A DNA stretch of 64,000 nucleotides from an uncultured delta proteobacterium (GCA_963790475.1 CAWBOS010000001.1:64001-128000); one strand, 5' to 3'. Shown: positions 10,533-21,547, numbered from the stretch's first letter. Notes: generated by a model from the letters alone, not told the origin. Numbers and translations are program-made.

Positions 10533-11174
10533 TTGCGGATGAACCAGCAAAAAAGTGCCATCCAATACAGGCCTCTGGGGGCGGCCGACGTGGAAACGGT
10601 TCCGCTTCTTCACCAGGGCACCGCCGAAGAGGTGCGTGCGCGAATCACCGCCATCGGTTCTTCGGCGATACTCGCCTTTGAAGAAGGGGACCATGTCGGG
10701 CAACTCCAATTCCGTCCCTATGAACCTGGGGTGGTATCCCCCAACGGACTTCACGACCCGCTATACTGGATGGATTTCGAAGATCAAGCCCCGACAATGC
10801 CGGACCGATCGCTCACGCTGTTCTGTTATCACGTAGGCCAGCATGACAACACCGACCGTCGCGACTCCCGCTATATGGGGCGGGGCATCGGTACGCGCCT
10901 GCTGGAGGAGACCATCGCCTGGGCGGAGAAGGCCGGCTTCTCGACGATCGTCGCCAAGGGCCTCAGTTCCCTCTGGCCCATACCCCAGATCATGGGGGGC
11001 ATGCCGACGGCGCTTTACCTGCGGCGACAATTCAAAATCGCCGCCAGCTATTACGATCAGCAACTGCTGAATTGGATTCCGGGAATGATCAATAAAACAG
11101 GACAAGAGGAAAACACAGGCGCAAACTATAAGGACGCCGCCCGCATAGACATTTGTGTGAGGACCCTAAGATAA
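10533..11174 (+). CDS. GNAT family N-acetyltransferase
   Basis: Acetyl-CoA-binding motif YMGRGIGTRLL. Confidence 0.75.
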   Translation: MRMNQQKSAIQYRPLGAADVETVPLLHQGTAEEVRARITAIGSSAILAFEEGDHVGQLQFRPYEPGVVSPNGLHDPLYWMDFEDQAPTMPDRSLTLFCYHVGQHDNTDRRDSRYMGRGIGTRLLEETIAWAEKAGFSTIVAKGLSSLWPIPQIMGGMPTALYLRRQFKIAASYYDQQLLNWIPGMINKTGQEENTGANYKDAARIDICVRTLR

Positions 11175-11214
11175 CACCATCCGCCACCTGCAACCAGAGA
11201 GGAGGAGCAAAATC

Positions 11215-12711
11215 ATGAGCCCTTTCCCCGAGTATGACCGTTACGACGCGCTGGCCTTGGCTGAGTTGGTGCGACAAGGACAGATAACTCCCCTGGAACT
11301 GTGCGAAGAAGCCATTAAAAGAATCGAAGGGGTCAATCCGAAAATTAATGCAGTGGTGACCCCCATGTATGAACAGGGCCGCCGGGCGGCGTCGGGATCG
11401 TTACCCGGCGGACCGTTGGCCGGAGTTCCCCTTCTCATTAAAGATCTGGGTTATGCCTACACCGGCGTCCCCATGACCTATGGGTGTAAGGCCCTAAAAG
11501 ATTATATCCCTGACCATGATGATGAAATAGTCTCACGTTTGAAAACGGCCGGGACCGTGATCATCGGCAAGACCAATACCCCGGAATTCGGTCTCCTGGG
11601 TATCACCGAACCCGAACTTTTCGGTCCCTGCCGGAACCCCTGGAACATCGCCCACACTCCGGGCGGATCCAGCGGCGGATCGGCAGCGGCAGTGGCCGCG
11701 GGCCTGGTTCCGATGGCCGCCGGGAACGATGGAGGAGGGTCTATCCGTATCCCTGCGGCCTATTGCGGTCTTTTCGGGTTAAAGCCCTCGCGCGGACGCA
11801 ATCCCACCGGTCCGGACCAGGGCCAGATGTGGTTGGGAGCGGCCCAAAACCACGTGCTCACTAGATCGGTCCGGGACAGCGCTGCCGCCTTGGACGCCAC
11901 CCAGGGCCCGGAGCCCGGTGCCCCTTATGACATTCGTCCTCCGGAAAGGTCTTATGGCCAAGAATTGGAAAAGAACCCCGGTTGTCTGAAAATCGCCTTT
12001 AACACCCAATCGCCGATTGGAACCAAAGTCCACCCGGAATGTATCCGGGCGGTGGAGGAGACCGCCCATTTATTAGAGGCATTGGGACACAACCTGGAAG
12101 AGGCCCGGCCGGATATTGACGGCCGGGGTTTGGCCAAAAGCTTCCTGGCCTTGTATTTCGGCTATGTAACGGCGCAAATGGAGGAATTGGAATCGTTATT
12201 GAAGCGAAAAGTCAAACCGGGGGACGTTGAAATCATGACCCGGACACTCGGTCTGCTGGGCCGGGCCTTTTCGGCGGGGTACCTGTATCAAGCCTTGGTC
12301 AGCTGGGACCAGGCCGCCCGACAGATGGGCCTATTCTTCCAGAACTATGACCTCTATCTCACCCCGACCACGGCCTATCCGCCGGCCAAAATCGGTGAAT
12401 TACAACCCAGGGCCTCGGAAGTCTTTATGATGAAGACGGTCAATGTTTTAAAATTGGGTGGGCTCTTAAAAGGTTTGGGCCTGGTGGACCAGATGGCCGA
12501 AAAAAGTCTGGAAAGGACACCGTTTACCCAATTGGCCAATCTTTGCGGACTGCCGGCCATGTCAGTGCCCATGCATTGGACCATGGAAGGTCTGCCTTGC
12601 GGCGTCCAGTTCATTGGGCCTTTCGGCGAGGAAGCTTTACTTTTCCGATTAGCCGCTCAATTAGAAAAGGCCCGGCCCTGGTTTGATAAACGGCCTCCTT
12701 TGACAGGTTAA
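11215..12711 (+). CDS. Amidase (amidase-signature family)
   Basis: GVPLLIKD, GGSSGGS, DGGGSIRIPA. Confidence 0.93.
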   Translation: MSPFPEYDRYDALALAELVRQGQITPLELCEEAIKRIEGVNPKINAVVTPMYEQGRRAASGSLPGGPLAGVPLLIKDLGYAYTGVPMTYGCKALKDYIPDHDDEIVSRLKTAGTVIIGKTNTPEFGLLGITEPELFGPCRNPWNIAHTPGGSSGGSAAAVAAGLVPMAAGNDGGGSIRIPAAYCGLFGLKPSRGRNPTGPDQGQMWLGAAQNHVLTRSVRDSAAALDATQGPEPGAPYDIRPPERSYGQELEKNPGCLKIAFNTQSPIGTKVHPECIRAVEETAHLLEALGHNLEEARPDIDGRGLAKSFLALYFGYVTAQMEELESLLKRKVKPGDVEIMTRTLGLLGRAFSAGYLYQALVSWDQAARQMGLFFQNYDLYLTPTTAYPPAKIGELQPRASEVFMMKTVNVLKLGGLLKGLGLVDQMAEKSLERTPFTQLANLCGLPAMSVPMHWTMEGLPCGVQFIGPFGEEALLFRLAAQLEKARPWFDKRPPLTG

Positions 12712-12717
12712 TAATGT

Positions 12718-12859
12718 GAGACCTTTGAAACAGGTTCCCTTTTGCCCAATCTCTGCGTCAGGCTCAAATTTCAATCCTCGAAATATTACATATATTCCTC
12801 CGGTTGAAATTTTCGCCTTCCTTGACCTTGAACAAAATCGAACCTGTTTCAAAGGTCTC
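12718..12859. mobile_element. 142-bp MITE with perfect 20-bp TIRs and a 5-bp target duplication
   Basis: gagacctttgaaacaggttc (12718-12737) and gaacctgtttcaaaggtctc (12840-12859), with AATGT on both flanks. Confidence 0.85.
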
Positions 12860-12936
12860 AATGTAATCCGGTAGGCAGCCAACGGTCAGAATAAGGATTT
12901 CCGATTCGGGCATGAATGGACCTATCGGAATCCCTC

Positions 12937-13141
12937 TTATGGGTCTTCGCTGTCCAAGATCGCCATCTGGTCAGGTAAATATCTTTGTGCGGCTACCCTC
13001 TCTCCCGGTATGGCCGCTTCTATCCCGGCAAGGTCTTCATCGGTGAGCAATAGATCGAGCCCCCCCCAGGGCTTCCTGAAGACTTTGGCGACGACGGGCA
13101 CCAACCAGGGCCACTACGTTCTCCCCCTTGGCCAGGACCCA
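12937..13141 (-). pseudogene. Aldo/keto reductase C-terminal fragment (frameshift in a G run)
   Basis: Manual translation gives WVLAKGENVVALVGARRRQSLQEALGG / LDLLLTDEDLAGIEAAIPGERVAAQRYLPDQMAILDSEDP*. Confidence 0.7.
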
Positions 13142-13265
13142 AAGTTGCCCAGTCGACGTAATTTCATTTTTCTCTCCTTTCAAAGGTCATAGTGTGGCGA
13201 AGAAACTTTAAGCTTTGGTGATTCTTCTTAATCCGATTTTATATCAGTCTTTTCCCCTTCGAAAG

Positions 13266-13607
13266 CTAACTCTTGTCCCGGCCCTTCTTCCGGCCGGTGA
13301 TCAGAAAGACCAGGACGGAACCCACGGTTGAGAGGGCAATCAATAAATAAAGGGTCAGTAGGTTTGACCCGGCCACGACCGAGGTGGCCATCAGGGGTCC
13401 GAAACCGTTTCCGGCAAAACGCGCCGAATTGAGAAATCCGAGCCCTGTTCCCCCCAGTTCTGAAGCATAATTGGCCATGGCCGTGGGGATGACTGCGGCA
13501 ATGACCCCGGTTTGAAGCATCCTGACGGCGGTAAAGCCGATAAGGCCTCCGGACAAGTACAGCAGGAGCTGCAGAAAGGCGGAGGTCAGGCAAAGCATGG
13601 TGATCAC
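13266..13607 (-). pseudogene. MFS transporter C-terminal fragment
   Basis: Only the last few TM helices are present (GFLNSARFAGNGFGPL); no N-terminal half. Confidence 0.65.
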
Positions 13608-13843
13608 CCCTTTCAGTTTTGCCCGGGGGGTCAGCCGGTCCGACTGCGGAAAAGGGCTACCCGGGCAGAAATGGGGATAGGCTGTCTTCTATAGTGGCGT
13701 CTCTGAAGGGCTTCGTCAAAAGAAAAACCGGAAGTACCTGATTCTCTTATCCTCATACAGAGAAAAGGGATTAAAATATCCCTGCGACGATAAAAGGGCC
13801 GCCAAAGGCCACCGCCCACCCTTTGGCCTGTCCGGTATTTCCC

Positions 13844-13873
13844 TTGACTCTCATTTCAACCCTGTTTTATACT
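13844..13873 (+). promoter_or_regulatory. Sigma70-type promoter upstream of the adenylate cyclase
   Basis: TTGACT-18 nt-TATACT. Confidence 0.55.
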
Positions 13874-14121
13874 CTTTCCATCTAAGGGATAACTGGTTAA
13901 TCTTCCCAACACACCCCGGATGAACATGTAAAGAATCTCATTTACTCCCAATCCAGGTCTCAGAAAGGAACCGGATTTTTTTCCTTCCATGGACCAGGGC
14001 CGGAAGAAGTATTCCGAAATCAAAGGGGCTGACGACCTCGTCGCTCTGGGTCAGGCTTAAGAACGACCGAAGGTGGATCACCTCCGCTTAAGCCAATCTA
14101 CAACATGAGGAGATTGTTCTT

Positions 14122-16017
14122 ATGACCGCAGATAAATTTAAACGTAAGCTGGCGGCCATCCTCAGTGCCGACGTCAAAGGGTACAGTCGTCTCATGGGTG
14201 TCGACGAGGAAGCCACTCTCCGTACTCTGCAGGAGTATAAGGAAGTGATGGCCAGCTGTATTCAGCACTACCGGGGCCGGGTAGTCGGGACTGCGGGAGA
14301 CAGCATTTTAGCCGAGTTTGACAGTGTGGTGGATGCGGTACAGTGCGCCGTGGAGATCCAGCAGGTGCTCAAGGCCAAGAACGCCCTGCTAACGGAGACC
14401 CGCCGGATGGAGTTTCGCATCGGGATCAACCTGGGGGATGTGATTGAAGAAGGAGATACGATCTACGGGGATGGGGTAAACATTGCCGCCCGGTTGGAGA
14501 GTTTAGCGGAGGCGGGTGGAATATGCATCTCCGAAAGTGCTTATCAACAGATTGAGAACAAGTTGCCCTTGAGGTATGAGTACCTCGGGGAACACCAAGT
14601 GAAGAACATCGCCAAGCCGGTTCGAGTTTATAAGGCGCAGATAGAGCCGGAGACAGCGCCCTCTCGGACGCGTGGAGAGAAAAAACCCGGGAAGAAGTTA
14701 TTTTTGCGGGCCATTTTGGGGATCGGGATCATTGCCTTGGGCCTGGCGGGCTTTTCCCTCTGGCATTTCGTCCTCCGTCCTGTCTTTCTTCAGAGGGACG
14801 TGGCTTCGAAGGGGAGGATGGCTTATCAACTGCCCGACAAGCCCTCCATTGTCGTTCTGCCCTTTACCAACATGAGCGGAGACCCAAAGCAGGAGTTTTT
14901 CAGTGACGGGATCACCGAGGATATCATCACCGCCCTTTCCAAGGTACCCATGCTGTTTGTCATTGCCCGTAATTCGGCCTTTACCTACAAGGGAAAACCG
15001 GTGAATGTCCGGCAGATAAGCGAAGAACTCGGTGTCCAATACGTGCTGGAGGGAAGTGTTCAGAAGTCTGCTGACCGTGTTCGGATCACCGCCCAGTTGA
15101 TCGACGCCCTTACCGGGCGTCACATTTGGGCCGAGCGCTACGATCGCCAGCTGAAAGACATATTCGCCCTGCAGGATGAAGTTACAAGCAACATACTCAG
15201 GGCCATGCAGGTGAAAATCACAGAGGGGGAACAAGCCCTGCATCGCGATAAGGGGATACGAAATCTCAATTGCTATTTGAAGTTGCTGGAAGGGAGAAAT
15301 TACTCGGATCGCTTCAATACCGAGGGTAACCAATTAGCCCGGCAGATGGGAGAAGAGGCTCTGGCCATGTGTCCGGAGTCTTCATCAGCCTACTACCTCC
15401 TGGCTGCTACCTACATGATGGATTACTGGAACGGCTTAGGCAAGTCTCCTCGGGAGTCTGTTGAAAAAGGCATTGAATTGGCAAAAAAGGCCCTGGCGCT
15501 GGATGATGCCTATGCCCAGCCCCATGGGTTATTGAGCTTCCTCTATTCCATAGAAAGAGAGTATGATAAGGCCCTGGTTGAGGGGGAGCGGGCTGTGGCT
15601 CTTGATCCTAACGGGGCTGATGTTAACGCCTGGTATGCCTCAAGTCTTATCTTCGCCGGGAAGCCGGGGAAAGCCATCCTCTTGCTACAAAAAGCAATCC
15701 GAAACAACCCTCTCGGTCCGGCCTGGTACTTTTTCAACCTCGGGAATGCCCTCCTGCACACGGGGCGATTTGAGGAGGCTGTTTTGGAATATAAAAAAGC
15801 GCTTCAGCGGGCGCCTAATAATATTTTCGCTCGTATTGGCCTGGCGGCTACGTACAGTATGATGGGCCGCGGGAAGGAGGCCCGGGCTGAAGCCACAGAA
15901 ATTCTCAGGATAAATCCAAAGTTTACTATTGATGACTATGTAAAGACTCTTCCGTACAAAGATCAATCGCAAATAGGCATTCTTGTTGATGCCAGCCGCA
16001 AGGCGGGGCTGAAGTGA
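14122..16017 (+). CDS. Class III adenylate/guanylate cyclase with TM helix, TolB-like domain and TPR repeats
   Basis: AAILSADVKGYS, GD, FRIGINLGDV, GDGVNIAARLE, PSIVVLPFTNMS and C-terminal TPRs. Confidence 0.92.
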   Translation: MTADKFKRKLAAILSADVKGYSRLMGVDEEATLRTLQEYKEVMASCIQHYRGRVVGTAGDSILAEFDSVVDAVQCAVEIQQVLKAKNALLTETRRMEFRIGINLGDVIEEGDTIYGDGVNIAARLESLAEAGGICISESAYQQIENKLPLRYEYLGEHQVKNIAKPVRVYKAQIEPETAPSRTRGEKKPGKKLFLRAILGIGIIALGLAGFSLWHFVLRPVFLQRDVASKGRMAYQLPDKPSIVVLPFTNMSGDPKQEFFSDGITEDIITALSKVPMLFVIARNSAFTYKGKPVNVRQISEELGVQYVLEGSVQKSADRVRITAQLIDALTGRHIWAERYDRQLKDIFALQDEVTSNILRAMQVKITEGEQALHRDKGIRNLNCYLKLLEGRNYSDRFNTEGNQLARQMGEEALAMCPESSSAYYLLAATYMMDYWNGLGKSPRESVEKGIELAKKALALDDAYAQPHGLLSFLYSIEREYDKALVEGERAVALDPNGADVNAWYASSLIFAGKPGKAILLLQKAIRNNPLGPAWYFFNLGNALLHTGRFEEAVLEYKKALQRAPNNIFARIGLAATYSMMGRGKEARAEATEILRINPKFTIDDYVKTLPYKDQSQIGILVDASRKAGLK

Positions 16018-16243
16018 GGGATCCCACGACAAAATCCTCAATGATCTTACATTTTTCAGTTTTTAATCCCTTACCCTCATAAATATACATTATTTTTTTC
16101 CTCAAAATACTCCCCCGCCTATATTTTCTTATTAACTTCCTTAGGCGATATTAAGACTAAAACGTGTTTATCTATGGGTATCCTTTATTTATTGCTTTGA
16201 CATTTGAAGGGCCCAATAAATTAAAAAGAAGAAGGAGGATGCT

Positions 16244-16483
16244 ATGGCTAATGCGCAGATGAGGAACCAAGAACTTCCCGCATTCAGTTTCCCACGACTG
16301 ATTGACTGCCCTCTTCAACCCGGTAACCTAAAAATCTCGGAAAGGGCCTGTCTTAAGCGTTACCAGGTCGCTCTGAATAGAAAAATTGAGAATAATAGTG
16401 GAGAAGATAGTTTTAATTATTTCTTGAATCAAGGACTTTTGAAGTGTCAACGATGCCCGATTGCAATAACGATGGCTTCATAA
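16244..16483 (+). CDS. Small hypothetical protein with four Cys (possible metal binding)
   Basis: Strong SD aggagg; DCP...AC...KCQRCP. Confidence 0.55.
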   Translation: MANAQMRNQELPAFSFPRLIDCPLQPGNLKISERACLKRYQVALNRKIENNSGEDSFNYFLNQGLLKCQRCPIAITMAS

Positions 16484-16573
16484 TATGACCCGGCAAGGTC
16501 CGGTCAGGTATTGCCCAAAAGGACAGAATAAGGCCTTTTAGGCCCGTTTCATCGCACCTGGCGTCAGGTTCAT

Positions 16574-17765
16574 TTGCCCGCCAATCGCCAAGAGACCTGT
16601 TTTCTTCAGAAGACCTCCAGGTCCCCATGCCGTTTTTCCTATTTTCTTCTTGATCCGGTCTTTTTCTTTCCCTATACTCTTTCCAATGAAAAGAGCTATT
16701 ATGGAGAAATGTCCAAGGCCATCCTGGATCGCCATGAGGAGTTACGTGAGGTAGTGGTGGATTATTGCGCTCCCCTACTGGATCCGGATCTACTCAGCGC
16801 CGAGATGCAGCAATCTTTTAACCCCCTTATAAGAATCTACCTTTCCGAGGCCAGAACAGGTCATGATGAAGGCCGTATTCCGTTTGTCCCTTATACCAAC
16901 GGAACCTGGGTTAAGCTTTACCGAGATGCCAGACCTCAAGCCCCCCCAATAGACGTCCTCATTATGGAGATGTCGCCTCCTGATCGCAACGGATTTCTCA
17001 CCTTTGGGGGATCGGTGTGGGAATCCCATTTTCATTCCAAAAGCGCCGGCCTGGTCATTGCTGAAATCGATGAACATATAATCAGGTCTCACGGTGATAC
17101 GATTCGGCACGGGTAAGAACACCAGGCATATCATCAACGAAGGCGTGTTTGATGATTGCAACGATATCGGTATTTTTTTCGAACTTGGGTGTCCGAATAT
17201 GGCTCTGCTGGTGAAACGGGGAATCGCGACCGGGAAATATGCCACCTTACACCCGGGCAAGGCTATTTTCACCGGCCTGCAAGGCATGACCCCGGAAGAT
17301 ATGGATTATATTAATGACAACCCTCTTTTTGAGCTCTATAGCGGAGAATATGTCGTTAACCTATCCAACATTTCTAAAAATGAAAATATGATGTCCATCA
17401 ATAATATCGTTGGTATAGACTTGACCGGTCAAATAACCTGTGAATCCCAATTCGGACCGAGATTGATCAATGGGGCCGGTGGGCAGATTGAATTTCATAT
17501 AGGGGCTTCTCTAGCCAAAAACGGTAAGGCTGTATCTATCCTGCCCTCTACCTATGGAGATGGTGAAATTTCCAATATTGTCCCCTATTTTGAAAAAGGC
17601 ACTTTAGTGACCCTGTCCAGATACTGGGCGGATTATGTGGTGACTGAATATGGGGTGGCTTCCCTGATTGGGAAGAGCCATCGTGAACGGGCTGAGGCAT
17701 TGATAAGCATTGCTCATCCGAAATTCAGGGATGAGCTTAGCGAGGCGGCTAAAGATTTTTGTTAG
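16574..17765 (+). pseudogene. Acetyl-CoA hydrolase / 4-hydroxybutyrate CoA-transferase, disrupted
   Basis: Two overlapping frames (SPPDRNGFLTFG; IDLTGQ..GAGGQIEF..DYVVTEYGVA..RERAEALISIAHP). The N-terminus is missing and there is an internal deletion/frameshift near 17095. Confidence 0.8.
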
Positions 17766-17851
17766 AGGCTGTTCCTATCTCGCCCGGGGACCCGATCTCC
17801 GGGTCTGTTGGAATTTTGACTAAATCTATGAAGGAGAAACAAGGAGGGCTA

Positions 17852-18301
17852 ATGGTTTCAAAAATTCTTGTGCCGACAGACGGGTCAAAGGCAGCTCAAA
17901 AGGCGGCCAGATATGCGGTTAACCTTGCCAAAGAGTTAAAGGCTCTGATAATTGTCCTGAGTGTTATCGATCAACGTTTATTGATAAACCAGGCAGTACT
18001 GGCGAGTGAGACGGAGATGGTCGCCATAGAGCCTATCGAAAATTATCTGCGGAAGGCTGCCAAAAAGTATGTCGGAGAGATAAAGAAATTGTGCGAAAAA
18101 AACGGTGTCCTTTCCAAGACGGTGATAATTACAGGGCATCCTGTTGAAGAAATTGTGAAGGAGGCCGAGAAGTCAAAGGTGGATCTCATTGTTATAGGTT
18201 CTCATGGAAGGAGCGCGTTAGCGGCCGCGGTCCTTGGAAGTGTCGCCTATGGCGTAATCCACAACGAGACAAAAATTCCTAGTATGATTGTAAAGCGGTG
18301 A
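17852..18301 (+). CDS. Universal stress protein
   Basis: KILVPTDGS, DLIVIGSHGRS...LGSVA; start taken at the ATG after ggaggg. Confidence 0.92.
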   Translation: MVSKILVPTDGSKAAQKAARYAVNLAKELKALIIVLSVIDQRLLINQAVLASETEMVAIEPIENYLRKAAKKYVGEIKKLCEKNGVLSKTVIITGHPVEEIVKEAEKSKVDLIVIGSHGRSALAAAVLGSVAYGVIHNETKIPSMIVKR

Positions 18302-18446
18302 TCCATTGGGGCTTATTTGAGCATGAAGCGGTCCCAAGGACCGTTTTAGAAATACAATCAGGCGTTTTGACTAAGGGTTTCTTTTTAGGGTAACTTAGTC
18401 AACAGCGATCGATGAAGGAAAGAAGAAAGTCTATTGTGGGAGGCCT

Positions 18447-20027
18447 ATGAAAATTCTGATATGTGACGGACTGGATGAAAGCGGTTTGGACTTACTGCGA
18501 TCAGCGGAAGGATTTGAGGTGGACGTTCCTGATCAATGGAGCATGGAAGAGATTACCGAGCAACTGCCCCGGTATGAGGCCATGATCATTCGAAGCCGCA
18601 CCAAGGTGACGGAAAAAATGCTCCAAAAAGCCGACCGGCTCAGGGTGATCGGGCGGGCCGGGACCGGGGTTGACAATATCGATGTCTCCTCAGCCAGCGA
18701 CCGGGGCATTCTGGTCATGAATACCCCGGGGGTCAACGCCATGGCCGCGGCCGAACATACCATAGCCCTGATGCTGGCTTTGTCGAGGCACATTGCTCAG
18801 GCCTCTCAATCCGTGCGCCTGGGCCGCTGGGAGAAGAAGCGCTTTCTCGGGACTGAGATCAATGAGCAGGCCCTGGGGGTCATCGGCCTGGGAAGGATTG
18901 GGTCTATTGTAGCCGACCGGGCGGCGGGGATGGGGATGGAGGTCATTGGTCACGACCCCTATATTACTCCGGAGGCGGCCTCCAAACTGGGTATTACCTG
19001 GGTGGAGTTGGACGAACTCCTGGCCCGGAGTGATTTCATCACCCTGCACACCCCTCTGAACAAGGAGACGGAAGGGATCATCAATAGATCGACCATCGCC
19101 AAAATGAAATGGGGCGCCCGGATCATCAATTGTGCCCGGGGGGGGCTGATCGATGAAGAGGCCCTCCTTGAGGCCCTTCAGGAAGGACGTATCGCCGGTG
19201 CGGCTTTGGATGTCTTCTCCTCGGAACCCCCGATCAACAATCCCTTAATCGGACTTGAAAATGTGATTGCGACCCCTCATCTGGGGGCCTCCAGTATCCA
19301 GGCCCAGACCAATGTGGCCCGCAGCATTGCCCTCCAATTGATGGATTATCTTCTGCGCGGGATTATCCGAAATGCCGTCAATTTTCCCAATATCAGTGCC
19401 AAAGCCTATGAAAAAATGCGTCCTTATCTCATTCTGGCGGAAAAGCTGGGGTCGCTCCAGGGTCAGGTAAGCTCTCTGGTTGAGAAGCTGGAGATTGAAT
19501 ACAGCGGTTCGGATCTGGAGGATCTGCCTTGGGAACCGATTACCCAGACGGTCATCAAAGGATTTCTTGAACCGGTGCTGGCGGAAAAAGTCAATCTGGT
19601 CAATGCCCCCATTCTGCTCCGGCGGCGGCAGATCGAACTGATCACTTCTTCCACCTCTGATACACGGGGGTACCAGGGCATGATTATGGTGCGGGCCAGC
19701 GGAAAGGGACAGGTCTCCTCCGCCCGGGGTACGGTCTTCCCCGGAGAAGGTCCCCGTCTGATCCGTCTCAACACCTTCCGGCTGGAGGCCGAACTGGAAG
19801 GTATTAATCTTATCCTGCAAAACCTGGATAAGCCCGGAGTCATCGGACTGATCGGCACCACGCTGGGAGAATTCCAGGTCAATATCGCCAACATGCACTT
19901 GAGCCGCACCCCGGTCAGGGACCGGGCCTTGTCCATTATCCGAATAGACCAGGAGCCGCCGGTCGAGGCCCTGGAGAGACTTCGACAACACCCGAATATC
20001 ATCTCCGTTCAATTGGTCAGATTATAA
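18447..20027 (+). CDS. serA: D-3-phosphoglycerate dehydrogenase (with ASB/ACT domains)
   Basis: GRAGTGVDNID, GLGRIG, NCARGG, TPHLGAS, C-terminal DKPGVIG ACT domain. Confidence 0.95.
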   Translation: MKILICDGLDESGLDLLRSAEGFEVDVPDQWSMEEITEQLPRYEAMIIRSRTKVTEKMLQKADRLRVIGRAGTGVDNIDVSSASDRGILVMNTPGVNAMAAAEHTIALMLALSRHIAQASQSVRLGRWEKKRFLGTEINEQALGVIGLGRIGSIVADRAAGMGMEVIGHDPYITPEAASKLGITWVELDELLARSDFITLHTPLNKETEGIINRSTIAKMKWGARIINCARGGLIDEEALLEALQEGRIAGAALDVFSSEPPINNPLIGLENVIATPHLGASSIQAQTNVARSIALQLMDYLLRGIIRNAVNFPNISAKAYEKMRPYLILAEKLGSLQGQVSSLVEKLEIEYSGSDLEDLPWEPITQTVIKGFLEPVLAEKVNLVNAPILLRRRQIELITSSTSDTRGYQGMIMVRASGKGQVSSARGTVFPGEGPRLIRLNTFRLEAELEGINLILQNLDKPGVIGLIGTTLGEFQVNIANMHLSRTPVRDRALSIIRIDQEPPVEALERLRQHPNIISVQLVRL

Positions 20028-20313
20028 AATTTTCCCAAAAAACATCCCAAGCTAAATCTAATCAAAATACCCTACCGATAATTCGAAGGGAAAAGGTTTT
20101 GTTCTTTACGGCCTCAGGAACGATTTGAAGAAAAAAATACCTAACTAACATCTTTTCCAATATTTGAGGAAGCGAGGAATCTGGACTTTTGTGTTCATTT
20201 AATATTTGGCCCCCTGACCTTTCAGAAGGCTTGAACGATGGTCAACTCTTCCAAAATATTTCTATTTCAATCCTTTTAAACAATAGAGTGCTTGGGATCA
20301 GGTTATGCCCTTA

Positions 20314-21546
20314 TTACTTTTCTTCAGGCGGTTTGATATTTTCAAAAAAAAGTCTGAACAGACCGGCATTAACAGCCAGGACAATTGTTACCAGCCACAT
20401 GGGGGCCGCCGAGGATATACTGTGCATCAGATGAGAGGCAATCGTCGGGGCGACCATACCGGTGGCCTGAGCCGGCAGACTGCCGATGGCCGCCACCTTG
20501 GACCGGCTTTTTTCCGAGGCCACACCCATAACAAAGGATTGCCGAATCGGCATACTGATAGAGTTGACCATGACCCGGATGGTGTAGGCCACAGCAGCCA
20601 CTAAAAAAGTGGGGGCCAGGGCCATTCCCGCCATGAGGACCACAGTCCCCAGACGGGTCCATACAATGGCATTGACGGCACCGAACCTCTTGGCAATGGC
20701 CGGAGCCAATAAATAAGAAAGGGCGGACAGCAGGTTGGCTACGGTGTAGAGTGCCGCTATTCCCGTGGATCGCACCCCGAAATGAACGGAAAACCAATAT
20801 GTCAGGAAAGGCCCGACGATGCCCATAACAAAACCATTTATACCGTTGGTGAGCCACAGGCGGGCGATTAAATTGCCGGTCGAGATTTTATTTTCTTCTA
20901 CCGTCGGTTTGGCAAAGGGAAGTTGAGACCTTTCCCGAACAGGGAAGGCTAAAAAGAACACGGCCAGGCTGGCCAAAGCAGCGATCCAAAAGACCGGATG
21001 AAAGGAGCTGATGATATCCATTTCAGTGTGTCTATGAAGAATCCCGGGCAAGGCCGCCACGGAAGAACCCGCGGCACCGGCCAGCACCCCCACCAAAGAC
21101 AGAGAGGAAAAGATGGTATTGCGGTCTTCGTCTGATCCGCTCCCCGCAATTAATGCCTGTTCGGCGGGATAGAAGGGGCCGAAGCCGCCGCCGCTCCCGG
21201 CCCCTCCTCCTCGTACCGAGGCCATGGCCGCCATAATGGATAGGACCCAGAACCGGGTAGTCATGGCGAAGACCGCCGACCCTATGGCCGCTATTATCGC
21301 GATTACCATCAGGATACGCTTTCGTCCATAGCGGTCGGAAAAGACGCCTACCAGGAGAGTCATTCCGGTTGAACCCGCCATAGCGAAAGAAAGCAGATAT
21401 CCCACTTGCAAAGTGGAATAACCGGCGGCAGAAACATAAAGGGGAACAACAATAACCAGGATGGCCTGGGAAAAGCTGCGTACAATTCGAGCGGCAAAGA
21501 GCCAGGGCATATTCCCGATAAACCAGGCTGGACGTTGGACAGTCAT
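20314..21546 (-). CDS. MFS transporter
   Basis: SDRYGRKR motif A, many TM segments. Confidence 0.88.
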   Translation of the reverse strand: MTVQRPAWFIGNMPWLFAARIVRSFSQAILVIVVPLYVSAAGYSTLQVGYLLSFAMAGSTGMTLLVGVFSDRYGRKRILMVIAIIAAIGSAVFAMTTRFWVLSIMAAMASVRGGGAGSGGGFGPFYPAEQALIAGSGSDEDRNTIFSSLSLVGVLAGAAGSSVAALPGILHRHTEMDIISSFHPVFWIAALASLAVFFLAFPVRERSQLPFAKPTVEENKISTGNLIARLWLTNGINGFVMGIVGPFLTYWFSVHFGVRSTGIAALYTVANLLSALSYLLAPAIAKRFGAVNAIVWTRLGTVVLMAGMALAPTFLVAAVAYTIRVMVNSISMPIRQSFVMGVASEKSRSKVAAIGSLPAQATGMVAPTIASHLMHSISSAAPMWLVTIVLAVNAGLFRLFFENIKPPEEK

Positions 21547-21547
21547 T

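Noticed and set aside
14075-14085. GGATCACCTCC, matching the 16S rRNA 3' end
   Set aside because: An isolated 11-mer inside a local hairpin, with no other rRNA sequence around it.
16574-17765. Selenocysteine readthrough or programmed frameshift in the CoA-transferase
   Set aside because: The halves are in different frames, and sequence is missing at the junction and N-terminus, which fits deletion.
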